64,000 nucleotides of DNA, taken from the NCBI GenBank assembly GCA_963767925.1, contig CAVYGB010000002.1, positions 1,472,001-1,536,000 on the forward strand, given 5' to 3'. Of this stretch, positions 29,287-38,748 are shown in pieces (positions within the stretch are counted from its first letter, which is position 1; every line of letters begins with the position of its first letter). The notes under the pieces were generated by a model. The model was not told the DNA's origin. It saw nothing but the letters and a program-made list of their open reading frames with translations, and searched no databases. The translations under genes and the position numbers were made by a program. This stretch comes from an uncultured delta proteobacterium (GTDB lineage: Bacteria; Myxococcota_A; Polyangia; Fen-1088).

Positions 29287-30007
29287 GAACGCGCCCCCCG
29301 GGGGCGCCGGCGAAGCCGCCGGCAAGGTCAGCCTGCCCCCCTTCGGCCTGGCCCAGGAGATCCTGCGCCAGATGTCGACCCCCGAGGCCCTGCCCACCGG
29401 CCCGGGCACCGAGCGCACGTCCACCGGCGCGAGCGCCCCCGTCCCCGGCGCCGCGTCCCCCGAGGGCTACCGCGGCCGGGAGAGCCTGCTCCAGTTCGCC
29501 GACGCGGTGATGAGCGTCCCCACCCGGGAGGCCGCCGCCCCCGCGGCCCGCGAGACCGAGGAGCACCTTGTCACCTTCTTCCTGCAGGACGAGGAGTACG
29601 GCGTGCCGGTGCTACGCTCGCGTGAGATCGTGCGGGTCGGGGACATCACCCGCATCCCCGAGGCCCCGGCCCACATCCGGGGCGTCTTCAACCTGCGCGG
29701 GCGGATCTTGCCGGTGGTCGACCTGCGCACGCGCCTGGGGCTGCCCCCGGCGGCCCTCACCCCCCGCTCGCGGCTGATCCTCGTGGAGGCCCACAGCCGG
29801 GTGCTCGCCCTGCTGTGCGACGGCGTCTCGCGCATGACCCGGGTGGCGGCCTCCCTGGTGCGGCCGCCCCCCGTCGAGGCCCTGTCCGCCCAGGTCGACT
29901 ACGTCACCGGGGTGGCCCAGGTCGGCGGCCGGCTGATCATCCTGCTCGACCTGGACCGGGTGTTGCTGCTGTCGCCCGAAGGCGGGCGGGGCGCCGCCGG
30001 CGGCTGA
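29255..30007 (+). CDS. cheW: CheW adaptor with N-terminal extension
   Basis: ITRIPEAPAHIRGVFNLRGRILPVVDL, LIILLDLD. Confidence 0.95.
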   Translation: MSEDTTRRGLENAPPGGAGEAAGKVSLPPFGLAQEILRQMSTPEALPTGPGTERTSTGASAPVPGAASPEGYRGRESLLQFADAVMSVPTREAAAPAARETEEHLVTFFLQDEEYGVPVLRSREIVRVGDITRIPEAPAHIRGVFNLRGRILPVVDLRTRLGLPPAALTPRSRLILVEAHSRVLALLCDGVSRMTRVAASLVRPPPVEALSAQVDYVTGVAQVGGRLIILLDLDRVLLLSPEGGRGAAGG

Positions 30008-30034
30008 GCGCCCCCCGCCCGCTGCACCGGCGCC

Positions 30035-31264
30035 CTACAGCGCGCTCAGGAAGGCCACCAGATCGGCCTCCTGCAAGCCGTTGAACTGGAAGCCCAGCGC
30101 CACCTCGTAGAACGTGACCACCTCGTGCAAGGTGTCGGCGATGCCGTTGTGGAAGTAGGGCGCCCGGTCGGCCAGGCCGCGCAGGGTGGGGGTCTTGAAG
30201 CGGTCGACGTCGCTCCACAGCCCGGTGCTGCCGCCCCGGCCCCAGTCGGTGGTCTGGCGGGTCTCGCCGGTGCTCCGGTGCTTCAGGGTGTAGACGGCCA
30301 TGTCCGGCTTGCGGTACTGGGGCAAGGAGGTGCCGATGTCGAACAGCGTGCCGCTGACGTTCTGCCCGCTGTTGACGGCGTTGTGGCAGCCGCGGCAGCT
30401 CCGGCCGCCGGCGTTGACGGCGTTGAACAGCTCCTGGCCGCGGGCGATCTGGGCCCGCCGGGGGTTGAGCGCGCCGATCCAGGCGTCGTAGAGGTCGAAG
30501 CGCCCGGCCACCAGCGGCTGGGCGGCGTGGGCCTGGGGCCCGCCCTTGGCCCCGGCGGCGTCGAGGTTGCCCACCAGCAGGAGGGAGTTGCGGGCGTGAA
30601 ACAGGCTCAGCTCGTGGTCGACGATGGCGAAGATGACCGCGTCGGAGGCGGGGGGCCCCTGCTGGGCTCCGGTGACGTTGCCGCGCGCTTGTCGGATGAG
30701 GCCCTCGCGCAGGTTGGTCCCCACCGTGTTGGCCCCGTCCCACATCACGGTGTGGCTCTTGAAGTTGGCGGTGGGTAGCGGGCGGCGGAAGAACTGGAGC
30801 TGCTCGGTGGTGCCGAAGCCGAAGGGATCGCTGGCCGCGATCACGTCGAACTCGCGGGTGGCCGGCGGGCGGCGCAGGCGCACGAACTTTCCCTGCAGCA
30901 ACATCGTGTACGCCTGGCGGCGGGCGTGTTCGGTCGAGAGGTCGGCGTCGGGGCGGTCGGCGTCGAGGCGGTTGAACAGCGGGTGCAGGCCGTCGCTGTG
31001 CTCGAACAGGTGGTGGGCGGTAGCCGGAGTGATGCTCCAGCCGTCTTCGGGCAGGTGGCAGGTGCCGCAGCTCCGGCCGTTGCTCCCCTGGGGCGTGTGA
31101 AATTCGTTGTCGAGGTCGATCGGCCCCTGGGTGCTGTAGGAGGTCGAGACGCCCTCCAGGTTCTCCAGCAAGCCGAACGTCGTCTCGTCGACGGCGGCCT
31201 CCGGGGCACAGGCGAGGACAGGGAGCAGGACGAGCTCGACGAGCAGAGTGTGAAGACGCCTCAT
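30035..31264 (-). CDS. Di-heme cytochrome c peroxidase/MauG superfamily lipoprotein, copy 1
   Basis: CGTCH, CRGCH, MWDG, FKTPTLR, APYFHNG, LVAFLSAL. Confidence 0.9.
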   Translation of the reverse strand: MRRLHTLLVELVLLPVLACAPEAAVDETTFGLLENLEGVSTSYSTQGPIDLDNEFHTPQGSNGRSCGTCHLPEDGWSITPATAHHLFEHSDGLHPLFNRLDADRPDADLSTEHARRQAYTMLLQGKFVRLRRPPATREFDVIAASDPFGFGTTEQLQFFRRPLPTANFKSHTVMWDGANTVGTNLREGLIRQARGNVTGAQQGPPASDAVIFAIVDHELSLFHARNSLLLVGNLDAAGAKGGPQAHAAQPLVAGRFDLYDAWIGALNPRRAQIARGQELFNAVNAGGRSCRGCHNAVNSGQNVSGTLFDIGTSLPQYRKPDMAVYTLKHRSTGETRQTTDWGRGGSTGLWSDVDRFKTPTLRGLADRAPYFHNGIADTLHEVVTFYEVALGFQFNGLQEADLVAFLSAL

Positions 31265-31601
31265 GATCGACCTCCTGGGAAGGCGGGCCCGGCGGCGGAG
31301 GCGCCGACGGAAACCGCGCCAGGGTCACCGTCGTCGGAAGGTCGGGCCCACTGAACGCCGGCTTGCGTTCGTCCGCGCCGGGGGCGTTCATCGTCGGGCT
31401 TCGGTCCGGTCGTTCCCTGAAGCCCTGATCCGGCCGCGCGGAGCGCCCGCTGCGCGTCGATGGCCAGAGGCGCGGGATCCGGCGGCCGGGGTCAGCGCGG
31501 CTGCGCGGCGGGGGATCCCGGGCGATCAGGCCCCGCCAGTACCAGCGGCCCCTGGGCCCGGCGGAAGGGGCAACCCTCAGCGCGCGAGGGGCCGCGCGCG
31601 G

Positions 31602-32915
31602 TCACAGCGCGTTCAGGAAGGCGGCCAGGTCGCCCTCTTCCCGGCGGGTGAAGTCGAAGCCCAGGGAGTCTTCGTAGAAGCGGACCACGTCGCGCAGGGT
31701 CTCGGCGATGCCGTTGTGGAAGTAGGGCGCGCGCGCGGCCAGCCCGCGCAGGTTGGGGGTCTTGAAGCGATCGACGTCCCGCCACCGGCCGGTGACCCCA
31801 CCTTGACCCCAGTCGGTTGTCTCGCGGGTGGCCCCGGTGGCCCGGTTGCGCAAGGTGTAGACGGCCATGTCCGGCTTGCGGTGCGCCGGCAGCGACGCGC
31901 CGACGTCGAACAGCAGCCCGGCGACGTTCTGGCCGTTGTTGGCGGCGTTGTGGCAGCCCAGGCAGCTCCGGCCGCTGGCGTCGCCGGTGTTGAACAGCTC
32001 CTGCCCGCGGGCGATGCGGGCCCGGGTCGGGTTGCAGTCGTCGATCCAGTCGTCGAACAGATCGAACCGCCCCGCCACCAGCGGCTGGCGGGACTGCTCC
32101 GCGGGACCCCCCCGGGCCGGGCCCGCGCTGAGCCGTCCGGCGCCTTGCACCTGGATCTGAGCGTGAGACAGCGACAGCTCGTGGTCGACGATGGCGAAGA
32201 TGACCGGATCGGCGGCGGCGGTGCCCTGCTGAGCGGTCGTGACGTTGCCCCGGGCCTGCTTGATGAGGCCCTCGCGCAGGTTGGTCCCCACCGTGTTGGC
32301 TCCGTCCCACATCACGGTGTGGCTCTTGAAGTTGGCGGTGGGGAGCGGGCGGCGGAAGAACAGGAGCTGGGCGGTGGTGCCGAAGCCGAAGGGGTCGCTG
32401 GCGGCGACAACGTCGAACTCCCGGGTGCCGGGCGGCTGGCGCAGGCGCAGGAACTTGCCCTGCAGCAACATGCTGTAGGCCCGGCGGCGGGCCTTGCGGG
32501 TCGACACGTCGGCCAGGGGCGAGTTGGCGTCGATCAGGTTGAACAGCGGGTGCAGCCCGTCGCTCTCGTCGAACAGCCGCTGCGCCGTCTCGGGCCGGAT
32601 GCTCCAGCCGTCGTCGGGGAGGTGGCAGGTCCCGCAGCTCCGCCCGTTGCTGCCCTGGGCGGTGTGAAACGCATTGTCGAGATCGATGAACCCCTCGGTG
32701 CTGAAGGAGGCGCCCTTGCCGCCCGGATTTTCCACCGGCTGATTGTTGGGCTGCCGCGTGAGGCGCTTGCGCTTGAGCTGGATGTCGTCGGGCAGCGCCT
32801 CCGTCTCGGAGCCGTCGTCCGTCTCGGGGCCCTCCGGCAGGAGGTCCTCCCCCCCTGCGCAGGCGAACGCGCTTACCACGACGACCGGAAACAGCCGACC
32901 TGCGAGACGCCCCAT
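31602..32915 (-). CDS. Di-heme cytochrome c peroxidase/MauG superfamily lipoprotein, copy 2
   Basis: CGTCH, CLGCH, MWDG, FKTPNLR, APYFHNG; AGGAGG RBS. Confidence 0.9.
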   Translation of the reverse strand: MGRLAGRLFPVVVVSAFACAGGEDLLPEGPETDDGSETEALPDDIQLKRKRLTRQPNNQPVENPGGKGASFSTEGFIDLDNAFHTAQGSNGRSCGTCHLPDDGWSIRPETAQRLFDESDGLHPLFNLIDANSPLADVSTRKARRRAYSMLLQGKFLRLRQPPGTREFDVVAASDPFGFGTTAQLLFFRRPLPTANFKSHTVMWDGANTVGTNLREGLIKQARGNVTTAQQGTAAADPVIFAIVDHELSLSHAQIQVQGAGRLSAGPARGGPAEQSRQPLVAGRFDLFDDWIDDCNPTRARIARGQELFNTGDASGRSCLGCHNAANNGQNVAGLLFDVGASLPAHRKPDMAVYTLRNRATGATRETTDWGQGGVTGRWRDVDRFKTPNLRGLAARAPYFHNGIAETLRDVVRFYEDSLGFDFTRREEGDLAAFLNAL

Positions 32916-33013
32916 GACCACCTCCTGGGTTGCTCTTGCCGACGGAGAACAGACCTGCCGAGAGCGCCCAGAGGGGACCGATCGACGGAACGGCGAAGCC
33001 GCTTAACCAGAAA

Positions 33014-33028
33014 ATAGACGTGATCTAT
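33014..33028. promoter_or_regulatory. ATAG-N7-CTAT palindrome (OxyR/LysR-type half site)
   Basis: ATAGACGTGATCTAT in an AT-rich patch ~100 bp upstream of the peroxidase pair. Confidence 0.45.
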
Positions 33029-33317
33029 CTGTCACTTTTTCGAAACAGCATCATCCCTGTCCCCACCCCCCCGTGGTGCGGCCAGCCCCGCGCCCCGCGC
33101 CCCCACCCGGAGGCTCGAGCCACCACCCTGGTGATCAGCCCGAGAGGCTCGAGCCATCACCCCGGCGCGCAGCCGGTGGCTCTGCCCTCCACCCCGACCC
33201 TCGGTCGCCCAGCCAGCAGCGTGCGCCCCCGCCGAAGACTCCACACCCCGCCGCCAGGTGCATGGATCATTCCGAGGTGATCCGTCGGTGTATTCGCCCG
33301 GATCTCGGCTCCTCGCT

Positions 33318-33372
33318 GCCCGTTCGCCCTCGCCCCGCGGCAGCGGGGAGAGGGAGGGGTGAGGGGTCTCCG
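33318..33372. repeat. REP-like palindrome (partial)
   Basis: CCCTCGCCCCGC...GCGGGGAGAGGG.GGGGTGAGGGG, same family as 37258 and 52722. Confidence 0.6.
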
Positions 33373-33398
33373 CGGCAAACCGTCCGGTGCCCTGGCTT

Positions 33399-34652
33399 CT
33401 AGCTCTGCCCGGTGAGCGCGCGGAAGCTGCGGCGCAACCAGCGGGTCAACGGAGCCAGCGCCAGCACCAGCCCCAGCGTGCGATCGGGCGTGATGAGCCA
33501 GGTCTCGATCGGGCGGCGCTCGCCGTAGATGCGGTTGAACAGCGGATGCGTGCTCACGGCCGCGCTGTCGATCCAGTGCAGCGGCCGCGCGCCCTCACCG
33601 CGGCCCGCGAACTTCTCCATGAGATCGATCTCGAGCTGCAGCCCGGGCGCGAAGCGGGCGTACTCCTCGTCGTAACAGGTCTTGTAGCCGTAGGCCCCGG
33701 TGCCGGCGTGCAGGAGGATCTGCATCGCCAGCGGTCGGCCGTCGAGCCGCAGGGCGGTCGAGGTGAGCCCGCCGGCGGCCAGGGTGGCCGGGAACATCTC
33801 GCGGAAGAACGTGGCGTCGCTCTCCCGGCTGACGAAGGCGGTGCCGTGCCGGCCCTTCCAGCCGCTGGCCTCGAGGGCCAGGAACTCCTCCGCCCAGGCC
33901 GCCCCGTCGTCGCCCGGGCCGATGGCGACGATCTCCGCCTTGCCCAGCTCCTGCAGGCGCTTGCGCTGGCGCTGCAGCTCGCGCCGGTCCTTGGCCGGCA
34001 GCACCCGCTCGAGGTACGCCTCGCCCGAGCAGTCCGGCTCGAACAGGGCCCGGGTGTAGCTGTGCTTGACGTGCACCTGGGCTTGCCGGCGGGCCAGCTC
34101 GTCGATCAGCAGGCCGTGAAAGGGCCCGCCCAGCGGCAGCCGCTCCAGCTCCAGCAGGGCCACCGCCCGCCGCTGCCGCTCGAGCCAGTCGAAGAAGGCG
34201 GTGAGGGCCTCCGCCGCCCGCCCCCGCCGCAGCAGCGGGACCGGCACGTAGGAGTAGTCGCCTGTCCACAGGCGCAGGTAGGACACCGGCCACTCGGTCC
34301 CCGCCCGCCGCCGTTCCAGCGGGAACAGGCCCAGCAGCTCGGGGGGATCGGCCTTGCGCGCGCTCTCGGGCGGCTCGCCCAGCACCAGCACCAGGGCCAG
34401 GTCGGCCGTCGCGCCGAACGCGCGCAGGGCCGGCAACAGCACCGTCGGTTGATAAAACACGTTCGGCTCGACCGCGCGGGCGGCCAGCGCCTCCCAGGAC
34501 GCGCGGTAGGCCTCCAGATCGGCCACCCGCTCGAGCACCACCACCCGCGGTCCCGCCGGCAACGTCGCCGCCGTCAGCTCCGGCTTCGCCAGCGGCGGCG
34601 TCGGCTCGCCCACCTCACCCACCGCCCCCTGCTGCACCGCCTGCTGTTCCAC
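33399..34652 (-). CDS. CelD/BcsL-like GNAT acetyltransferase (polysaccharide-associated)
   Basis: EPNVFY, LEASGWKGR.GTA, LRLDGRPLA, KTCYDEEYARFAPG. Confidence 0.85.
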   Translation of the reverse strand: MEQQAVQQGAVGEVGEPTPPLAKPELTAATLPAGPRVVVLERVADLEAYRASWEALAARAVEPNVFYQPTVLLPALRAFGATADLALVLVLGEPPESARKADPPELLGLFPLERRRAGTEWPVSYLRLWTGDYSYVPVPLLRRGRAAEALTAFFDWLERQRRAVALLELERLPLGGPFHGLLIDELARRQAQVHVKHSYTRALFEPDCSGEAYLERVLPAKDRRELQRQRKRLQELGKAEIVAIGPGDDGAAWAEEFLALEASGWKGRHGTAFVSRESDATFFREMFPATLAAGGLTSTALRLDGRPLAMQILLHAGTGAYGYKTCYDEEYARFAPGLQLEIDLMEKFAGRGEGARPLHWIDSAAVSTHPLFNRIYGERRPIETWLITPDRTLGLVLALAPLTRWLRRSFRALTGQS

Positions 34653-34683
34653 TGCCCAATGGTAGCACCCCGGCGGGGGGCCT

Positions 34684-36153
34684 TCAGGCCGCCTCGCGCG
34701 GCGGCTCGGCCGTGTCGGTGCCGCCCGCGAGCATCGCCGCCACCCGGCTGGGCACCAGCACGCCGGTCGCCGCCAGCACACCGAGGAAGGCTACCGTCCC
34801 CGCCACCGCGCCCGCCAGCAGACCCATGCCCTGGCTGACGTCGAGCTTGCCGCTCAGCCAGAAGCCCGACTGCATGGCCGCGCAGGCCAGGAGCAGGCGG
34901 AACCAGGGCACGTCGAGGAACCCCCGCTTGAACCAGCGGAAGAAGGGCGGCATCAGCAGCACCATCGCCAGCCCGGCCCGCACCAGCCAGGACACGATCG
35001 CCCCCACCACCCCCAGCTGGGTCACGCAGATCGCGGTCACGGCGAAGCCGATCAGGATCGTCGCCAGCTCGACCCGGGCGGTGATCTCGATGCGCCCGCT
35101 GGCCTGCAGGGCGCAGGTGAAGCCCGAGGCGATCGCCACCAGCGGCAGCGACCAGGTGGTCCAGCGCATGACCGCGGCGCACAGCTCGGGCCCCTCCTTG
35201 AACAGGATCCCCGACACCCAGCCCGACAGGAAGGCCACCCCCAGCGTCGCCGGCAGGGTCAGCAGCAGCAGCAGGGTCAACATGTGGGTGATGGTCTCAT
35301 TCAGGTCACGCCCCTCGCGCTGCCGGCGGGCGATCTTCGGAAAGTAGAAGGAGGCCAGGCCGTAGGGGATCGAGATCAGCCGGCTGGCCGGGATGTTGCC
35401 CGCCGCGAACACGCCGGTGTTGGCGTAGCCCGCGACCTTCGGCAGCACCAGCGTCTCGGCCCGCTCCTCGAACGAGCCCAGCAGGGTGGCGCGCGACTGC
35501 AGGCGGCACTCCTTGAGCAGCGTCCAGTAGCGGGCCGGGCGCCAGGCCAGCCGGATGGGCGCCTTGCGGTGGACCGTCCAGCCCATCCCCAGCGCCCCCA
35601 CCAGCGGCCCCATCAGGTAGCTCACCGAGAGGGCCACCGGTCCCAGCCCGGCGGCGCAGACCAGCACGCTGGCCAGGGTGAGCGACAGCCCGGCCAGGAA
35701 GGTGACGTTGGTGTAAGCCAGGAAGCGCTCGAGCCCCTCGAGCACGTCGGCGAAGGAGTAGGCGATCGCCGTGAGGAGGTTGCCGACCGACGCCACCACC
35801 GCGCACATGAGCACCACCCGCGAGTAGCCGAGCAGCAGGCAGGCGCCGATGGCGAGCACGCCGCCCAGCACGGCGAGCATGAAGCGCAGGACGAGCTGCT
35901 CGCCGAGGCGCTCGCCGGCCACCTCGGGCGCCTGGGCGACCGCCCGGACGAAGTAGGGGCGCAGGCCGAGATAGGAGAGCACCCCCAGGGTCGTCGTCAG
36001 GGTGGCGGCGGTCTGCCACTGGCCGAAGTTGTTCTCGCCCAGCCGGTGGACCACGTAGCCCATCGACGGCAGGTTGATGATGTTCAGGAGCAGCGGCTGG
36101 GTAGCCAGGTACAGGCTCTCGAGCGACCGCGCACGTTGGCTCACGAACCCCAC
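34684..36153 (-). CDS. Wzx-type oligosaccharide flippase
   Basis: Many TMs, RLGENNFG, LGLRPYFVRAVA. Confidence 0.85.
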   Translation of the reverse strand: MGFVSQRARSLESLYLATQPLLLNIINLPSMGYVVHRLGENNFGQWQTAATLTTTLGVLSYLGLRPYFVRAVAQAPEVAGERLGEQLVLRFMLAVLGGVLAIGACLLLGYSRVVLMCAVVASVGNLLTAIAYSFADVLEGLERFLAYTNVTFLAGLSLTLASVLVCAAGLGPVALSVSYLMGPLVGALGMGWTVHRKAPIRLAWRPARYWTLLKECRLQSRATLLGSFEERAETLVLPKVAGYANTGVFAAGNIPASRLISIPYGLASFYFPKIARRQREGRDLNETITHMLTLLLLLTLPATLGVAFLSGWVSGILFKEGPELCAAVMRWTTWSLPLVAIASGFTCALQASGRIEITARVELATILIGFAVTAICVTQLGVVGAIVSWLVRAGLAMVLLMPPFFRWFKRGFLDVPWFRLLLACAAMQSGFWLSGKLDVSQGMGLLAGAVAGTVAFLGVLAATGVLVPSRVAAMLAGGTDTAEPPREAA

Positions 36154-36399
36154 CCCTCACCACCAGGAACGCTCGACATGTCGTTTCAGGGTATCGGCAA
36201 GCGCGGGCCGATCACGAAGATTCGCGTCGCAAGCCGTGGTTTCCCGCGGGTTCCGGGGCCGTCGCGGCGGGTGGGTAGGGGCCGCTGCGCTCCGTCAACG
36301 GAACGGCTGTTGCTTGGAGCCGGCTTGGTCGAAGATGACCCCGTCGCGCTCGGCGGCGGCCCCAATCCCCTCGGCTCCCACGAAACCGGAGACAACCCG

Positions 36400-37005
36400 A
36401 TGAAGCGTATCCTTCTCTTTGCAGCGCTGGCGATCGTCAGCGGCGTCGCCGGCTGTGCCGAGCCCCGCTCGGACAGCTCCAATGGCACCGGCGGCGCCGG
36501 CGGGCAGGGAGCGGGCGGCGGCGGCGCGGTCGCCACCGGTGGGCGGGGCGGGCAGGGGGGCGCTGGCGGGGGCGGCACCGGAGGCAACCGTCCGCGGGAT
36601 GCGGGCCCCGACGGAGTCGTCCGGCGGGACACGGCCGTGCGGCGCGATTCGGGTGCGGGCGGCGCCGACGGGCCGGCGGCGGCGGCGGGCGGCTGCGGCT
36701 TCTCGCAGTGTCCTTTCGGGACCACCTGCTGCGATCGCGGCTGCGGCACCTGCGCGGCGACCTGTCCGACCGCTCCGCCCGCCGCCTGCGGATCGTGCAC
36801 GACCAACGCCGACTGCCGCCTGTTCGACGACTACTGCACCGGTTGCAACTGCCGCGCCCTGGCCCGCACCGATCCCAACCCGGTCTGCAGCAGCCCCGGC
36901 GTCCAGTGCATCCGCCAGCCCTGCGGCTTCGCCGTGGCCCTCTGCCTGAACGGCCGCTGCGAAATGCGCGAGGTCCTCCGCTCCCCCCCCGGCGCCCCCC
37001 GCTGA
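36400..37005 (+). CDS. Gly-rich linker, Cys-rich lipoprotein
   Basis: GGAG RBS, VAGC lipobox, Cys-rich C-terminus. Confidence 0.85.
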   Translation: MKRILLFAALAIVSGVAGCAEPRSDSSNGTGGAGGQGAGGGGAVATGGRGGQGGAGGGGTGGNRPRDAGPDGVVRRDTAVRRDSGAGGADGPAAAAGGCGFSQCPFGTTCCDRGCGTCAATCPTAPPAACGSCTTNADCRLFDDYCTGCNCRALARTDPNPVCSSPGVQCIRQPCGFAVALCLNGRCEMREVLRSPPGAPR

Positions 37006-37022
37006 CCATCCACCAGCACCGC

Positions 37023-37250
37023 TCCATCATCCCCGCCCCGCCGCCTCATCCCGCCCGCCCCCCCCCATCATCCCCGCCCCGCCGGCCCCCCCCATCATCC
37101 CTGCCCCGCCGGCCCCCCCCATCATCCCTGCCCCGCCGGCCCCCCCCATCATCCCCGCCCCGCCGGCCCCCCCCATCATCCCCGCCCCGCCGGCCCCCCC
37201 CATCATCCCCGCCCCGCCGGCCCCCCATCATCCCCGCCCCGCCGGCCCCC
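37023..37250. repeat. ~27-bp tandem repeat (CCATCATCCCCGCCCCGCCGGCCCCC), about 8 copies
   Basis: Direct inspection. Confidence 0.9.
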
Positions 37251-37257
37251 CTTCATT

Positions 37258-37395
37258 CACCTCTCCCCGCGGTCTGCCGCGGGGAGAGGTCGGCGCGTCT
37301 GCGCGCCGGGTGAGGGGCCTCCGGCGCGGCAACCTCCCCTCACCCTCACCCTCTCCCCACGCCCGCAGACGGCCGCGGGGAGAGGGCAAACAGGC
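37258..37395. repeat. ~135-bp REP-like composite element, copy A
   Basis: Two CCTCTCCCC...GGGGAGAGG hairpins; near-identical to 52722..52853. Confidence 0.85.
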
Positions 37396-37586
37396 GGGGG
37401 GGGGCATGCGCCAGAGGTGAAGATGCCGGAACGGCAGGATTTCGAAGGAGGGGAACCGAAGGCAGGCCTTGCAGTGACGGACGAGGGCGGGCCTACAGGG
37501 TCTGACGCGGGTGGCGTCGGGGGGGGGGGGTGGGTTTGGGCTTTTTCCTTGGCTGCTGGGGGGGCCCAAAAGCAACTACCCACATC

Positions 37587-38603
37587 ATGCCCGCCTCCCG
37601 TTCCCGCACCCACCTGCTCCTCGTGTGCGCCGGCCTGGCCGCCGGCGCCTTTCTCGCGTGCACCCCGGACTCGGGCGCGCCCGCCACGCCCCAGCCGGGA
37701 CCGGCGGGCAGCGGCGGCAGCCCGGGACCCGCGCAGGCGGGGACCGGCGGCAACGCGGGCAGCGGCGGCTCGGTTAGCGCCGGCAGCGGCGGCGGCCCCG
37801 CGTCCGGTGGCAGCGGCGGCGGCAGCGCCGGCACCGGGGGCTCCAGCGGCAGCGGCGGCTCCGCCCCGGCGCCCGCCCCTCCCGCCCGCCCCGACGCCGG
37901 CGCTCCCCGCGACGGCGCCTCCGCCTCGGACGGCGCCCCCGGCGCCAGCCCGGGCCCGTTTCCGCCCGGCCCCCACCGGGTCGTCCTCATCACCGGCGAC
38001 CGGGCCAACCTCGACGACCGCTCGCGCCTCGACATGATCGCCATCCTCGAGTCGATGAAGGCCACCCACGGCATCGAGCTCGAGGAGATCGACGCCAGCG
38101 CCGTCCGGGCCGCCAACATGACCGGCAAGTCGCTGCTCATCGCCTCGCCGAACGCGAACTACTTCGGCGTCGAGCCCGATCCCGCCCTCAAGACCCTGGC
38201 CGTCCCGATCATCATCAGCAAGGACGGCAACACAACCGACTTCGGCATCGGCGAGTTCGACAACACCGCCGAATACACCACCAACCTCCCGGTCAAGCTC
38301 ACCATCATCAACCCCACCCACCCCCTGGCGGCCGGCCTCACCGGAACGGTGGGCGTGCTCTCCACCCGCTGCCGCCTGGTGCGCGCCCGCAACCTCGGCC
38401 CCGGCGCCATCAAGATCGCCACCACCCCCGAGGAGCCAACCTCGAGCTGGGGCATCTTCGCCTACGAGAAGGGCGCCGAGCTCCCCGGCGGCGTGAAGGC
38501 CCCCGCCAAGCGCGTCGGCTTCTTCTGGCACCGCCCCAGCGCCCCCACCCCCGACGGCCGCAAGCTCTTCATCGCCGCCGTCGAGTGGGCCCTGCGCCCC
38601 TGA
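37587..38603 (+). CDS. Lipoprotein, Gly/Ser linker plus family A domain
   Basis: FLAC lipobox; HPLAAGLTG, IFAYEKGAEL, KRVGFF, FIAAVEWAL. Confidence 0.85.
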   Translation: MPASRSRTHLLLVCAGLAAGAFLACTPDSGAPATPQPGPAGSGGSPGPAQAGTGGNAGSGGSVSAGSGGGPASGGSGGGSAGTGGSSGSGGSAPAPAPPARPDAGAPRDGASASDGAPGASPGPFPPGPHRVVLITGDRANLDDRSRLDMIAILESMKATHGIELEEIDASAVRAANMTGKSLLIASPNANYFGVEPDPALKTLAVPIIISKDGNTTDFGIGEFDNTAEYTTNLPVKLTIINPTHPLAAGLTGTVGVLSTRCRLVRARNLGPGAIKIATTPEEPTSSWGIFAYEKGAELPGGVKAPAKRVGFFWHRPSAPTPDGRKLFIAAVEWALRP

Positions 38604-38748
38604 GGACAGCGGCGACTTTCCGCTGACAGCACGTGCACGTCTGACGAAACCCGCGCACGGCTTTCGTGCATGTGCACGATACGTGCACGAGCACGTGAGA
38701 TGTGCACGTCTGACGGAACCTCCCGTCAGCGTGGCAAGATGGGCGGCG

